This document shows, piece after piece, positions 49,372 through 61,409 of a DNA stretch of 64,000 nucleotides. Positions within the stretch are counted from its first letter, which is position 1. Each line of letters begins with the position of its first letter. The notes under the pieces are model-generated. The model had not been told where the DNA came from. It made no database searches and was given only the letters and a program-made list of their open reading frames with translations. The stretch spans positions 3,975,366 to 4,039,365 of the forward strand of contig BFEA01000011.1 in NCBI GenBank assembly GCA_003427395.1, read 5' to 3'. The translations under genes were made by a program, and so were the position numbers. The stretch comes from Chara braunii. Lineage: Eukaryota > Plantae > Charophyceae.

Positions 49372-49700
49372 CAGCCGCCTAACTCAGTTGGTAAGGCTCG
49401 CAAGTGGCATTCAGGAGGTCGTGGGTTCAATCCCCATTGGCCTCCTGTACCTTCCTGGGGATGTCTGGCGCCTGCCACCTAGAGGTAGACCACTGGATCC
49501 TCCGATCGACATTGAGCAGAGTCTGTTGATGTTCTAGGGGGGGGGACCACCACCTGAATGGAGGCACAGGGATTGGTCCTGTTGGCATGGTCCCTGATGC
49601 AACCGACTGTCCCCTACGTAGCCCGCATTGCCCACCTGCAGGTTGGGAGCAGCCCCCGCATGTTCTCCGGTGAACACGGTTCTGGCTGCTACGGAGGTAG
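49372..49700 (+). mobile_element. tRNA-derived SINE
   Basis: TAACTCAGTTGGTA...GGGTTCAATCCCC (A and B boxes). The acceptor stem is imperfect and the 3' limit is approximate. Confidence 0.7.
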
Positions 49701-49913
49701 TTTGACGTGAAATTGAGAGAAGAATATAGCCTTTTTAAAAAATATTGAAAAAAAAGAAATACAATTTTGCAATATGTAAGCCCGCGGCTGTCCAGGCCGC
49801 CGACATTTACGTGCCCTTTTGTGTGAACATGCAAAATACGTGCCTCTTGTGACCCGAAAAACTACATGAAGTTTGCTATTTTGCGAAAATACGTGGTAGT
49901 GTGAGTGTGCCCT

Positions 49914-49954
<41 letters not shown>

Positions 49955-50074
49955 AATGCGCATAGGGAGATAGAAGCAGACCCGCTGCTGCTCCCTATGT
50001 GCAAATGAGAATGAATCTTCCACAAAAACGCGGCTAGACTCTCTCATTCTTTCAAGTTCGGAAGCCCGTGCGTG

Positions 50075-50162
<88 letters not shown>

Positions 50163-50202
50163 NNNNNNNNNNNNNNNNNNNNNNNNNNNNNNNNNNNNNN
50201 NN

Positions 50203-50292
<90 letters not shown>

Positions 50293-50788
50293 TCTCTATC
50301 TCTCACACACACGCGAAGAGATTCGTGCTTTCTTTTCTTCTCTTTTCTTTCTTTCTTTCTTTNTTTCTTTNTTTTCTCTTTTTTTTTTTTAACAAGTGAC
50401 CGGACGTTGGCTTGCCCTACCGCCGAAAGTCGCGGCGCGTTAACGGCTGCAACTTCTAAAAAACAACGGGGAGGTCCAGACCCGAGTTCAAATCCAGAGA
50501 AGGTACTTTACGAGTAAAACCAAATATTTCTAAATTGCCTGGGCCCGGGGCCTGGAGTCCTGGACCCATTACTGAAGTAGGCCCTGGTTACACTACTCGC
50601 CATCCACCAAGCTTTCGAATGCATCATGACAAAACGATGTCCACATGCAATGAAAATGTTGGCGGATGGTGAGTAGTGCGACGAGGCCTGTATTCTACCA
50701 CTCCGTTCAGGATTTCAATCACGTGTGGCCTCGAGTGAAGGAGTACGGCTGTCGAATACATCGGATTTGGACGGCCTGGGGACTGTAA

Positions 50789-51194
50789 GGGCCTCGCCAC
50801 ACCATTGTCGAAAACTGAATTTTCGACATTTTCTCCTCGCCACACAGCATGTCGAAATCCGAGATGCAAAAAGAAATCAGGAGCTGTCAGGGAAAGGGTT
50901 TCGACACCTGCTCTCGAGACGGGCTCGTTTCCCAGCCTGCAACTTGGACATTTTCAACAGTCCTCGACTCCTCGGATGGGATGTCGAAATCTTGCCCGAA
51001 TGTCGAAAAAGAGAACGCACCAACGCTTGTCCTATCTTCACCCCAGTTTGTCTCTTTTGTGCACAGGACTTGTGAGCTCTTCACTTTTACATGCTGTGTG
51101 GCGAAGAGGGGTTTTCTGTCAAAAGAGGGAATGTCGAAAATCTCCTGACATATGTCGAATTTCGTGATGTTTCGACATTGGTGTGGCGAGGCCC
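50789..51194. mobile_element. Tourist-like (PIF/Harbinger) MITE
   Basis: TIR GGGCCTCGCCACACCAWTGTCGAAA with TSD TAA. Confidence 0.9.
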
Positions 51195-51589
51195 TAAAGA
51201 TGCCCACCTCCCGTCCAATGAGATGCGTCGGAAAACAAAAAAAAAAAACAAATTTGGACATGATAGCTCGTGGCTTTGCGTGGGCGGGAAGTCTGGATTT
51301 TATGGACTTTTGGGGGTTGATTTTCAGACTTCGTTTTTTTTTTTTTTGGCTCTGAGAAATAGAACTTGAAACGCGAAATTCAAATATTGTGGTGGATCTG
51401 ACAGGAACGCTTCCGCGTCTGTCGGATGGCCTGTTAGAGGCATCATGAGACACATGGTGATGAATGTATCCCCATACATGCATTCGGGTGCACAGCTGTT
51501 ATTCTCTGTTTTNNNNNNNNNNNNNNNNNNNNNNNNNNNNNNNNNNNNNNNNNNNNNNNNNNNTTAAAATGATATGAAATCAAGGCCGG

Positions 51590-53057
51590 GGACCTCACAA
51601 TTCTACCCGGGAGAACACTGGGGCCATTACCAGATTAGGCTTGTCTGAAAACCGGGTCCAGGATCCCATCATAAAAGGACTGAATAATCCATCTACTTTT
51701 CTGCACACTATTCCCGTACCTCTCTTCCCAAAAAAATAAACTTGAAGCTCCGTAAAAGTAAGTTAGCACCTTTCCCCTTCTAAATATAATTCAAAAAAAC
51801 TTGAAGCTCCGTAGAAGTAAGTTAGCACCCTTCCCCTTCTAAATATAATTCAACTGCCTGGGTAGAAGGAAACCAACTGACTGTAGGAGAACTTTTACAT
51901 GCCAGGCCCTGAACGACTTCCTCATAGTTCCATTCAGTCAGGTTTCTCCTTTTGAAGCCAGCGTGCGAAGCTTAAACGTCCCTCCGGTGATACCACACAA
52001 AAGGCCCCATTGGCTGTCCACAATTTTGCAAACTTCAGTACACCTCCTCCACCCCTAGAGTGTGCTGACTTCCAGTCAGCCAGAATGGAGAATCGGAGGC
52101 TAGACTTAAACCACCAGTACTTCCTAAAGTCGCGTAGCGTTAACGCTACATGATTTTCAGAAACGTACGGGCCACCACAGGAGCGCCCAAATTCATCCAA
52201 CTAGAAACGTTTCTACTCTAGTTTTTTCCGCGGCCGATAGCTGGGCCAAGTACTGGTGGTTTAATCATGTGCTTATGTTGTTCCAGTGTGACCGTCTCAT
52301 TCACAAATACCCGGGAGTTCCGGGCCTTCCATATAACTTCCATGATAGTTCCTCTGCATATTATTAGTGCCATGTAGCTCCAACTGTCCTGCAAGCCTTT
52401 TCCCTCCAGAGGGATGACAAACAGAATCCAATTATCAGTCCACTCCCAGTCTATCTTCAATGTGTCTGTCCACATTTCCTTCCACCACATCCAAACTTCA
52501 TCAGCCAAAGGGAAGTATATCCACAAGTGTTCTGTGGATTCCCAACCCCAATAGCAGCGCATGCACATACTGCTCACCTCCATTCCCTTAGTTTGGAGCC
52601 ACAATGCAGAGATAGTCACCTGCATTGACTGTACCCACTGAAGGCTTGCTTGCCTTTGGGAAGGCACTCTTTTTAACAGTTTCCGAAGGGATGTGAAGTT
52701 AGGGCACTGAACATTATTAGTTTGTAATCTTCTGAACCTTTGGGTCGCCACCTCCTCTGGCTTTCTCCTATCCTTTCTGCTGGTCTGGACCCCTATCCTT
52801 GTCTCGTAAAAAAACGAAGGGGTTTGTTTTCCTGTTGAATCTATCCATCCAAAAAGCAGAGGGTCTACCTAATAATCCTGGGCCTGTGACGAACCAGTTC
52901 CCGGACCCACGCCATCTTTCGGACCCCTTCCCTCCCCGTATTTCCTCTGCATCTAGAGGTGTCCTGATCGGCCCCCGAGAACCCCCCCAGGGCATCTGTT
53001 TTTGTTCGATTAAAGGTACCTCGTTGAAATCTGTATCTTGTCAGCACTGGTAGCTCT
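51590..53057 (-). mobile_element. LINE 3' part (zf-RVT domain and 3' UTR), interrupted by a TTAA MITE
   Basis: CMRC...ESTEHLW...IWKARNSRVF. The shared 3' UTR motif lies at about 51645. Confidence 0.8.
52110..52260. mobile_element. TTAA-flanked 151-bp MITE
   Basis: TTAA|ACCACCAGTACTT...AAGTACTGGTGGT|TTAA. Confidence 0.88.
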
Positions 53058-54198
53058 TGAAATTCCGCCTATTTTTTTTAAATCTGAAAATGCATGGGAA
53101 ATTCGCGCTCCTTAATGAGCGCGGTCAAAATTTGGCTCAACAGTTAGGAATTCCGGAATTAATGGAACGCGGCGTGACCTTTCACGCTCGAATGTTCTTG
53201 GCCACGACATGGAAGACTCTGGGAATTTTGTAGGAATATGGATTAGCGTAGGACTTACATTCTTTTCCTGCGTCTACTTTCCGTGCGGATATGGTGATTT
53301 CAATTTTTGAATTAACGTAGAGTTGGAAAAAACTGCAACTGTTTCAGTGCCCATTCTTCTTTTGCTGTTCGGCACCATGCAAACGAGCTCCCTCCTCCTT
53401 CCTTCTTGCGCCCCTCTCAGCGCCTTCTCTAGCGTGCACATGCTTTCTCGCTCCCTCCCCCTGTAAGGGTTTTTCTCTCTCCTTCCCCGCGCACGCCCTT
53501 TTTCTCTTTCTTGATCATCTGAATCTTGGACCCGTTTCGTGCTATCCTTCGCACTCCTCTTCTAACCGCTCTAAAACCCGCGCTCGAAAAACCCGGTCGA
53601 TCCTCTCTTCCCATCTAGCCAACGAGAAGCGCCGTGTAAGAGGAGATTCCTACTGCGCGACGATTCTGATTGGCTGAGATCGAGTTGTGAGCGATCAACA
53701 TGGCTTTCAACGGGCGATTACTCTCAAGCCCTCCCTTACCTTCCTCTACCCTACTCTTCATCTTTCCCCGCATCTCTCTCCCTTCTCGCAACTATAAATT
53801 CCGCCGGCCCATCCGCAAATCTCTCTCTCAACTCGTCAGCCAGCTTCCGGGAAGCAGTGGCTAGATGATGTGTATATAGTGCGAGCCGACAAGTCCTGAC
53901 AGGCTGACTGTAGACTGGCTGGCTGTGCGCTAGATCGCCACGATGGACTATGGGATCCGGGCAAGCCACGTCGAGGCTAAGTTGGTAGGGTTGTGACGCC
54001 CAACCTCACACCCAGCGCGACTTCCTGATCGGAGTAGGATGTGGGCCTGGAAGTGCGAAAAGGGGTGTGCCAAGGATTTTTGGGAAGTGGAGTCCCAGGC
54101 CTTGAGATCTCCTGTGGCAGGGTTTTTTGGGGGCACGAGTGCAATTTGGCGGAGAGGGCGGACCGCCTCTGGTTACAAGGCAGATGGGTGCGGGTCGC

Positions 54199-54690
54199 TC
54201 AAGGCCGAGCGAGCCATTGGTTTCGGGGACGGCGTTTCGCGGGCGGGTCCCTTCGGGATACATGGGGTTCCGATGATTCAGGCTGTCGGGAGTTGCCACA
54301 TGGCGCTGGTCGTCGCGCGTTCGGGTTAGGCCTCCGGAACTCCGGGGTTCTCTGATCGCCGCGTCGTCGGCAATTCCGACAGGGTGTGCTGGGCCAGTAG
54401 GGGCCTATGGCCGACCACGGAACGACGCTGAGTTGATGATACGGAAGAAGAAGGCGAAAGGGGGGGAAACAGGTGGGGATAATGACAAATCCGGGGTGGA
54501 TGAAGTAGTAGGTATGGTCCGGAGAAGGGAAATCAGAGCACCGGGGGTCGCTAGCGGTGGCGCAGTGGAATTCCTGAGGACACAGTCGGTTCTCGGTTAG
54601 GTAGGGATATCTCTGTCGGAGGAGTTCGTTTATCCAAGGGGTGAAGTAATCCGGGTCGTAGGATGAATATGAATTCCAGGATCGTGTCAT
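54199..54690 (-). CDS. Unknown Pro/Tyr/Cys-rich ORF, probably part of the same element
   Basis: 163-aa ATG-initiated ORF co-oriented with pol. No recognised domain. Confidence 0.3.
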   Translation of the reverse strand: MTRSWNSYSSYDPDYFTPWINELLRQRYPYLTENRLCPQEFHCATASDPRCSDFPSPDHTYYFIHPGFVIIPTCFPPFRLLLPYHQLSVVPWSAIGPYWPSTPCRNCRRRGDQRTPEFRRPNPNARRPAPCGNSRQPESSEPHVSRRDPPAKRRPRNQWLARP

Positions 54691-56846
54691 CGTGTCATCG
54701 CAGAGCTACGAGTTGCCTAAGGGTGGGTCCGTGGCGATTGTGATTGCCACGTGCGAGCCCTCGCAGGCCTTGCGAATTAAGTCGGGCTTACGTGTGTTCG
54801 TACGGGGCGACTGCGCCGTTGCAGGCCTCGGGTTGGCCCTGCTTTGTCAGACAATGCGTCCGTGATCAAGGGTTTCGTTGGGATTGACGAATCGTCGGTC
54901 GGGGATGCGTGTAAGAGCGCAACTATGATTGCGTTTACACGTGTCCTCCGGTGGCGTTTGCCAAGCCCAACATTCGGTCGTCTAATCACTCCGTGCTGTT
55001 TTGGGGCATGCAAGATGCAACAACCATAATCAAGACAATCAAAAGATACGTGGAGACAAATTGCGCAAAATGCCTATTCCGCTTACGAATGTATCAAATG
55101 CGACGAACAAAAGCAAAAACAAAGATCTGACAAAAAGATAAACAATCAAACATGGCATCCATACCTCCATTCATTCAGCAATCATACACATAGTGCATCT
55201 GAATCGCAAAGACAAGTGCGAGCAAAAATCCAAGTCCAGGTTCCGAAAAACAGAAGGGAAAACAAAAACAAGCGAATCGCCCGGAGCCGTAAATCAAAAT
55301 TTATGTACACAGGCAAAGAGGGGGAAAAGACAAAGAAACAACAAATCGGCGTCCATCCGCCTCAACTCTCTCTTCCCCTCTCTCTTCTTCTCCGATGCGG
55401 ACAGTCCGTCGTCGCGCACCAACCCACGAAGTCGTCACCCCGCTTAGTCCTCCCGCACCCGTCAGGTTCGCCTGCGCCCACAGTCCGTCGTGGCCCGCGT
55501 CAACCCCGAGCGTCCGGCACTAGCTCGTCGGGTCGCCCGACTCCTACTCTACTCACCTCTTACTGCGCTCGTGTGCCTACCCTCTCTGATCGCGCAACCT
55601 CGAGCTTCCAACAGCTGGTTAAGAGAGTTAACTAATCGCACAGCCGGAATTTATAGTGTGCATGCGTGCACGAAGAACACGGAATAACCAGGACTTAGAA
55701 GAAGGGAAGGGGGAGGGATTGCCTACTTCTACATGGTCTGATCGAGGCGTGGGGGACGTAGCCGCTCTCCACGCATCGATCCGATCATGCAGACCGCGGT
55801 TACCAAAAACGCAGCAAAAGAAAGAGAAGAAGGGCGGGAAAGACGAAGTGCAAGAAGAAAGATATAGTTACAGTGGGCAAATGACGCCCGCCCAAAATTA
55901 AAGTTACAGACACGATTAAAGGCGCCTACTAATCAGAGTTCCATTGCAGCCGCATGAAGAAGCGCGTAGACAAAAAGCGTCGCGCGACAAGGAAAATCCT
56001 AATTACAAAACTCCTAAATTCCTATCTAATGCGAAGAAGCAAAAAACACAAATTCCAAAAGAAAAGTCCGAAATTCCGAGAGCTATCGGGGCTCAATAAA
56101 ATTCGAAAAAGATTTTAAAAAAAAATTCAAAAAGAATGAAGCAAATTCCCGCGCAATGTCTGCGCCCAAAAGTTTGGAACCGAAACAAAAGAAATGACGT
56201 CAACATTTATTAATTGCGCGCGCGGCGGCGCGCCAGCCATCCGGTCAACCAATCAATCAACCGGTCGTCCCAGGACACACCCAACTCCGAACCCAGCCAT
56301 TCGAAAAGAAGCGACGAAAAAGACGAAAAAGCAAGGACACTGATGCAATTTCCCACCGATCCCGATCTCCCGTAATTGGCCCAACCTTCCCAACTTAGGA
56401 CCCCTCATTGCAACCGCGCAGAAAGTCGCGCGTTACAGAAAGTGGTTCATCACATATGTGACGCCCAGGGGGTTCCAATATTAGCAAGCTCCTGCTTGCT
56501 TGTTGACACGTGTCGATTTCTCTAATCGACCGACACGCGGAGCTGTTCTTTCTATACCACTTACCGTTCAATTGAGTGTGGACGTCTTCCAACGTGGCAT
56601 GCAAGCTCTACTACTATTTCCTCAGGAAGGGCTATTGACAGCCAAGNNNNNNNNNNNNNNNNNNNNNNNNNNNNNNNNNNNNNNNNNNNNNNNNNNNNNN
56701 NNNNNNNNNNNNNNNNNNNNNNNNNNNNNNNNNNNNNNNNNNNNNNNNNNNNNNNNNNNNNNNNNNNNNNNNNNNNNNNNNNNNNNNNNNNNNNNNNNNN
56801 NNNNNNNNNNNNNNNNNNNNNNNNNNNNNNNNNNNNNNNNNNNNNN

Positions 56847-57509
56847 GACGTTCCCGGGGAATGGCAGTCGAATCATCGAGGGTGGAGGTGGCGGATGGTT
56901 CAGGGGGAGAGGGGGCATGAATCGATTGATGGCGGGAGAGGTGAAATCAGAAAGGGTTGCGTAGTGGAAGGAGCGATGGATGCGGGGGAAGCGAGGGACC
57001 TCATGGAGATGGCGAAAAGTGGCGATGTAGTCGGGGTAGATGGTAGAAAGGGTCCGTCGCAGGGTGGCGCGAAAATCTTCGTAGTTTTCGCAGGCGGGAA
57101 TAGTTCTAGATATAATACAGTATATTTCTACGTGGTTATATTCCCGCCAGTCTGCGCTAAACAGAAGCACATGAAGGAGAAAGGAATCAACCACAGAGCG
57201 GGTGGTGGCATGCGGGTAAATGGAGACTAGAAGGCGGGTAGCGTAGAGATGATAGAAAAGGTGATGGGGGAAAGGACACCAACCATCGGGGAACGGGGGT
57301 CTATCGGGAAGACGGGTAAGCATGAGGTAGTCACGGGGTTGGCGAGAGAATGACCGGGGACGAAGCCCGAACGCCGAGATCTTGATGTAGACGAATGGAG
57401 GACCGGGACGGGGAGCCGGAGGAAGCTGGCGATTCACTTCTTCTTCTTCTTCTCCGAGATCCCTCTGCTGCGGTTCCATCGTCTTCTGCTTCTGGCGGCT
57501 CCGGATCAC
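56847..57509 (-). CDS. Unknown retroelement-associated ORF (aromatic/Pro-rich), running into a gap
   Basis: About 220 open codons (PFVYIKISAFG...PFPGNV), co-oriented with pol. No recognised domain. Confidence 0.45.
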
Positions 57510-58332
57510 GCCACGGATCCCCGATTGATGGATCGATAGGAAAAACGTTTGTCGTGGGTCGCTTTCCCTCTACGGTCTCCTGATGCTTTCGCTTCCTCTG
57601 CTCTTCCTCCTCTTCATTCTTTTTACGCGGCTGGATCGATCCGCTAGCTATCCCCGTTTCTCTTTCCGGGACGTAGTCCGGATCGTCCCGTTCTTCACTC
57701 GATGGCTCCTCTTCTTCCTCCTCTTCCCCTGCTCCCCCTATCGTCCTGCGCCGCATTTCTCCTCGCGATCGGGTCCCAAAACGTGAGATCAGTAATGTCG
57801 ATCTCCAAGTAAAGCGCCTGGGAGGGATAGAGACAGTTGTCCTCGTCAATCTCCGTACACGTGGACCACACAAGGTGCGGCTCGAGCGTTCGAGATAGCA
57901 CGTAGGTGCCAGGCTGCTCGTCACTGCATGACAAGATGTCTAGGGGCAGATCATCCACCAGCTGAGTCAGAAACACCAGCAACTTATCCGTGATCAAGGT
58001 GAAATTGCCCTCCTCCACCTTCCCGGATACGAATCCCAGCAGATCGTCCTGCTCTGCCGTTCTCCAGCTTGGATGATCAGAAGCTCCACGCTGTCCTCTG
58101 GGTGCTCTTGTCCTTCTCCGAACGGGGCCGCTTCTGACCAGCGGAACTCTATCTCCACTAGACAGAAAGCGAGCTCGATGTAGTCCTCCCACCACGCGTC
58201 CCACTCTTCTTCGCTCAATAGCGACGCACTATTCTTATTAATACGGTAGGAGAGAGTAGGGGCCCGCGCAGACTGCCAAAGGGTGGGGGTGCTGGAGGGG
58301 AGGCCGAAATAGGAGACGTGACGATAACTCAT
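57331..58332 (-). pseudogene. Frameshifted unknown retroelement-associated ORF with an acidic/low-complexity C-terminus
   Basis: Three overlapping frames join into one plausible protein: EEEWDAWWEDYIELAF..LLIIQA / WRTAEQDDLLGF..LEPHLVWSTCTE..FWDP / EEEEEEPSSEERDDPDYVP. Confidence 0.55.
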
Positions 58333-58410
58333 TGGGGCGGCGCAAAGGGACGAAGCTCAGGAAGCACGATCGCTGGCAACCCTCGAGACGAGCGGAGATG
58401 GAAGTCCGTG

Positions 58411-58947
58411 TCATGCGCCGGCACGACGGTATCTCCTCGTCGGGCAATGAGATCTGTCCATGCTACCCGCACTTCCCCGACCTTCTAACCATCGATAATC
58501 CTGAGCCCTCTCGTTAGCCCTCCTCCGATCTTCCTTGGTGAAATCCTGGAGGGGTTTACCCACTAAGGTGGCAATCAAGGCGATATCAGCCGATACTTCG
58601 GCCCTTCTAAACTTCCGGGTCTTTTTCAACCCTTCTGACGTGGCATCCAAAAAGCGAGCCTCGGTCGGAATCTTGTCAGTCTGACACAAGGGGCACAACC
58701 ACGGTTTACTGTCGTTTCTGTATTGGATGTACGAGCCATGGGCTCGTGCGACACACTGTCGACAATCTATCCATTCCGCATACCCTTCCCCGTTAGGACG
58801 CATGAAGACCGAGTACACGTGGGAGATAGCTTCGCAAAAATAGCAAAATTTGTCAGGCAGGGAGAGGAGAGACGAAGAGGAGATGGGAGAAAGAGGGGTT
58901 GTGGGGTTAACTCCATCACCCATGGCCACCGTTCTTCTTCTTGCCAC
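58411..58947 (-). CDS. PHD-finger-like ORF directly after Gypsy RNaseH
   Basis: FCYFC...WIDCRQCVARAHGSY...WLCPLC has C4HC3 spacing. The sixth ligand is TAC (Tyr), one substitution from TGC. Confidence 0.65.
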   Translation of the reverse strand: MARRRTVAMGDGVNPTTPLSPISSSSLLSLPDKFCYFCEAISHVYSVFMRPNGEGYAEWIDCRQCVARAHGSYIQYRNDSKPWLCPLCQTDKIPTEARFLDATSEGLKKTRKFRRAEVSADIALIATLVGKPLQDFTKEDRRRANERAQDYRWLEGRGSAGSMDRSHCPTRRYRRAGA

Positions 58948-59136
58948 GTAGGAGAACTGCCACTTGTCCGTACTTAGGCTCGTTTGTCAAGTCCGGCTCC
59001 TTCCATGGTGTAATTTCCTCGCCATTTGGTACTTTAGCAGGTCGATGCAGACGTGTCAGTCCGTCCGCGTTGTCGTGTCGCTCTGTCTTTCGATGAACGA
59101 TATCGAAGTCGTACTCTTGTAGTCGCACCGCCCAAC

Positions 59137-60618
59137 CTACGTTACCACGCGTTCATTGAACGCGGGTTTCGCGTTCAAGATATGAACGCAGTGAGCGCGC
59201 GTTCACTGAACGCGCGTGAATGCATTTAACGCGTTCGCGCAGGGGGGCGGGCGGGGTGTGGGGTTGCTTTGGGCAGTGTGGGGAGCGGCGACGGTGCTTG
59301 GGGGGGCTGTGGGCAGTGTGCGGAGCGGCGGCGGTGCTTGGGGGGGGGTGGAGGCCAATGCCCCATGCGAAACGGGAAAAAAAAAAAAAAAAAAAAAAAA
59401 AACCAGTGTCTGTGGGCGTGTGTGCTAAAGGTCCTTTTTTTTTTTCGAGGGGTTGGGGGAATCCCCCTAACACAACTCAGACAGCCCATGCAGGCTATCT
59501 GAAGGGTCCACGCAACCATGTAGCGCAGACCCCCCCACCAAAATCGAGGCAAGAGTGAATATGAAATTGAGCACGAGCTGGCCGAATATATACCTGAGAT
59601 TAGAATTCCGGTCTGTGCTTCAGCAGTTATGGGTTGCTCACGTAGCTAGGGCCTGTTGGTCTGTGCACGTGACTCTTAGGGCTTGGCTGCACTACTCACC
59701 AAATGTGCAAACTTAGAATGAATCTTCTTCAGAACATGGAATAATTCACCGCCATATATTTTGTCTTTTGTGCTTGTGGTGAGTAGAGGCCCTTAGGGCC
59801 ACTGCACGTATTCCTAAGAAAAGAAAAACGAGAAAAAAAGAAAAACAAGAAAAATGAGAAATGATAAAAAAGAAAAAATAAAAAAAAAATAAAACGAGAA
59901 ATTTCTCGTTTTTCTTTTCTTAGGAATACGTGCAGTGGCCTTAAGGGCCTCTACTCACCACAAGCACAAAAGACAGAATATATGGCGGTGAATTATTCCA
60001 TGTTCTGAAGAAGATTCATTCTAGTTTTGCACATTTGGTGAGTAGTGCAGCCAAGCCCTAAGAGTCACGTGCACAGACCAACAGGCCCTAGCTACGTAAG
60101 CAACCCATAACTGCTGAAGCACAGACCGGAATTCTAATCTCAGGTATATATTCGGCCAGCTCGTGCTCAATTTCATATTCACTCCTGCCTCGATTTTGGT
60201 GGGGGGGTCTGTGCTACATGGCTGCGCNNNNNNNNNNNNNNNNNNNNNNNNNNNNNNNNNNNNNNNNNNNNNNNNNNNNNNNNNNNNNNNNNNNNNNNNN
60301 NNNNNNNNNNNNNNNNNNNNNNNNNNNNNNNNNNNNNNNNNNNNNNNNNNNNNNNNNNNNNNNNNNNNNNNNNNNNNNNNNNNNNNNNNNNNNNNNNNNN
60401 NNNNNNNNNNNNNNNNNNNNNNNNNNNNNNNNNNNNNNNNNNNNNNNNNNNNNNNNNNNNNNNNNNNNNNNNNNNNNNNNNNNNNNNNNNNTGCGTTCAG
60501 TTTTTTCGTGCCACGTGGCGCGCAGCGCGTTTGAACGTGAATGAACGCGGCCCCGGGGGGTATGAACGCGCGCGTTTGAACGTGAACGCGCGTTCAGCGC
60601 GTTCACCCGGTTACACAG
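59137..60618. mobile_element. hAT-like MITE inserted in Gypsy RNaseH
   Basis: Perfect 8-bp TSD cgcccaac at 59129-59136 and 60619-60626. TGAACGCG subterminal repeats. Removing it restores MIGCWAVRLQEYDF. Confidence 0.9.
59511..60226. repeat. Near-perfect long inverted repeat (foldback), arms about 325 bp with an A-rich loop
   Basis: 59511-59836 is the reverse complement of 59901-60226 with few mismatches. Confidence 0.95.
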
Positions 60619-61371
60619 CGCCCAACAGCCAATCATGCCCGTGTAATTAGTGAGCTTCTTCAACGCCAGCAAAGGCTCGTGATCTGTTACGAGGCGAAAC
60701 TTCTGTCCGTAGAGATACGGATGGAAGTGCTGGATTCCCTCGACTACTGCATATCATTCGCCTTGAGGTGCTGAGTCATTCCTCTGCTCGTCTGGCACCA
60801 TTCGCGACGCGTACTCGATGGCATGTTCACGACCATCGTTCCCCTTCTGCGCTAGAATAGCGGAGATAGCTTCCGGTTGCCAGTCTGTGATAAGAATGAA
60901 CTGTTTCAAGGGGTCCGACCGAATCAAAATAGGGGCCGTCGCCAGAGCATCCTTGAGGTTTGCGAAAGCCTGTTGGCACTCTGCATCCCAACTGAGAGGC
61001 TGGTCCTTCCGTAGTAGGCCCGTTAGTGGTCGTGCAATCGCGGCGAAACCGTTGATGAAGCGATGATAGTACAATGCCAACCCCAAGAAGGCTCGAACCT
61101 GCGTCAGTGACGTGGGAACTAGGGCTTCTCTTACCGCCGCAACTTTTCTTAAGTCCGGCCGCAGTCCTCCACGTGTCACGACGTAGCCCAAGAGCGAAAT
61201 TTCTGAAAGGAAAAATTCGCTCTTTTTTAGCGCGATTTTGAACCCAGCATCTCTCAGCGCTCCCAGTGTCCACTCGATGTGTTGCGCGTGCCCGTGATAG
61301 GTCTCCGAGTAGACAAGGATAGCATCCATGTAGACGATGACGCAGAAGTTGATCATTCCTTGAGTCAGTCG

Positions 61372-61409
61372 CTGTCTCTTATACACATCTAGATGTGTAT
61401 AAGAGACAG
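61372..61409. other. Nextera mate-pair junction adapter (artefact)
   Basis: The identical 38-bp palindromic double mosaic end, near a gap. Confidence 0.98.

Larger units (their letters stand above)
47920..49912. mobile_element. PIF/Harbinger-like element hosting nested elements
   Basis: TIR GGGCATACTCACACTA...TAGTGTGAGTGTGCCC with TSD TCA. Related ends at 47232 and 37470-37622. Confidence 0.8.

Noticed and set aside
53058-54312. Possible LTR ending ...GCCACA followed by PBS-like TGGCGCTGG at 54301
   Set aside because: The orientation is opposite to pol and there is no second LTR in the window, so it cannot be supported.
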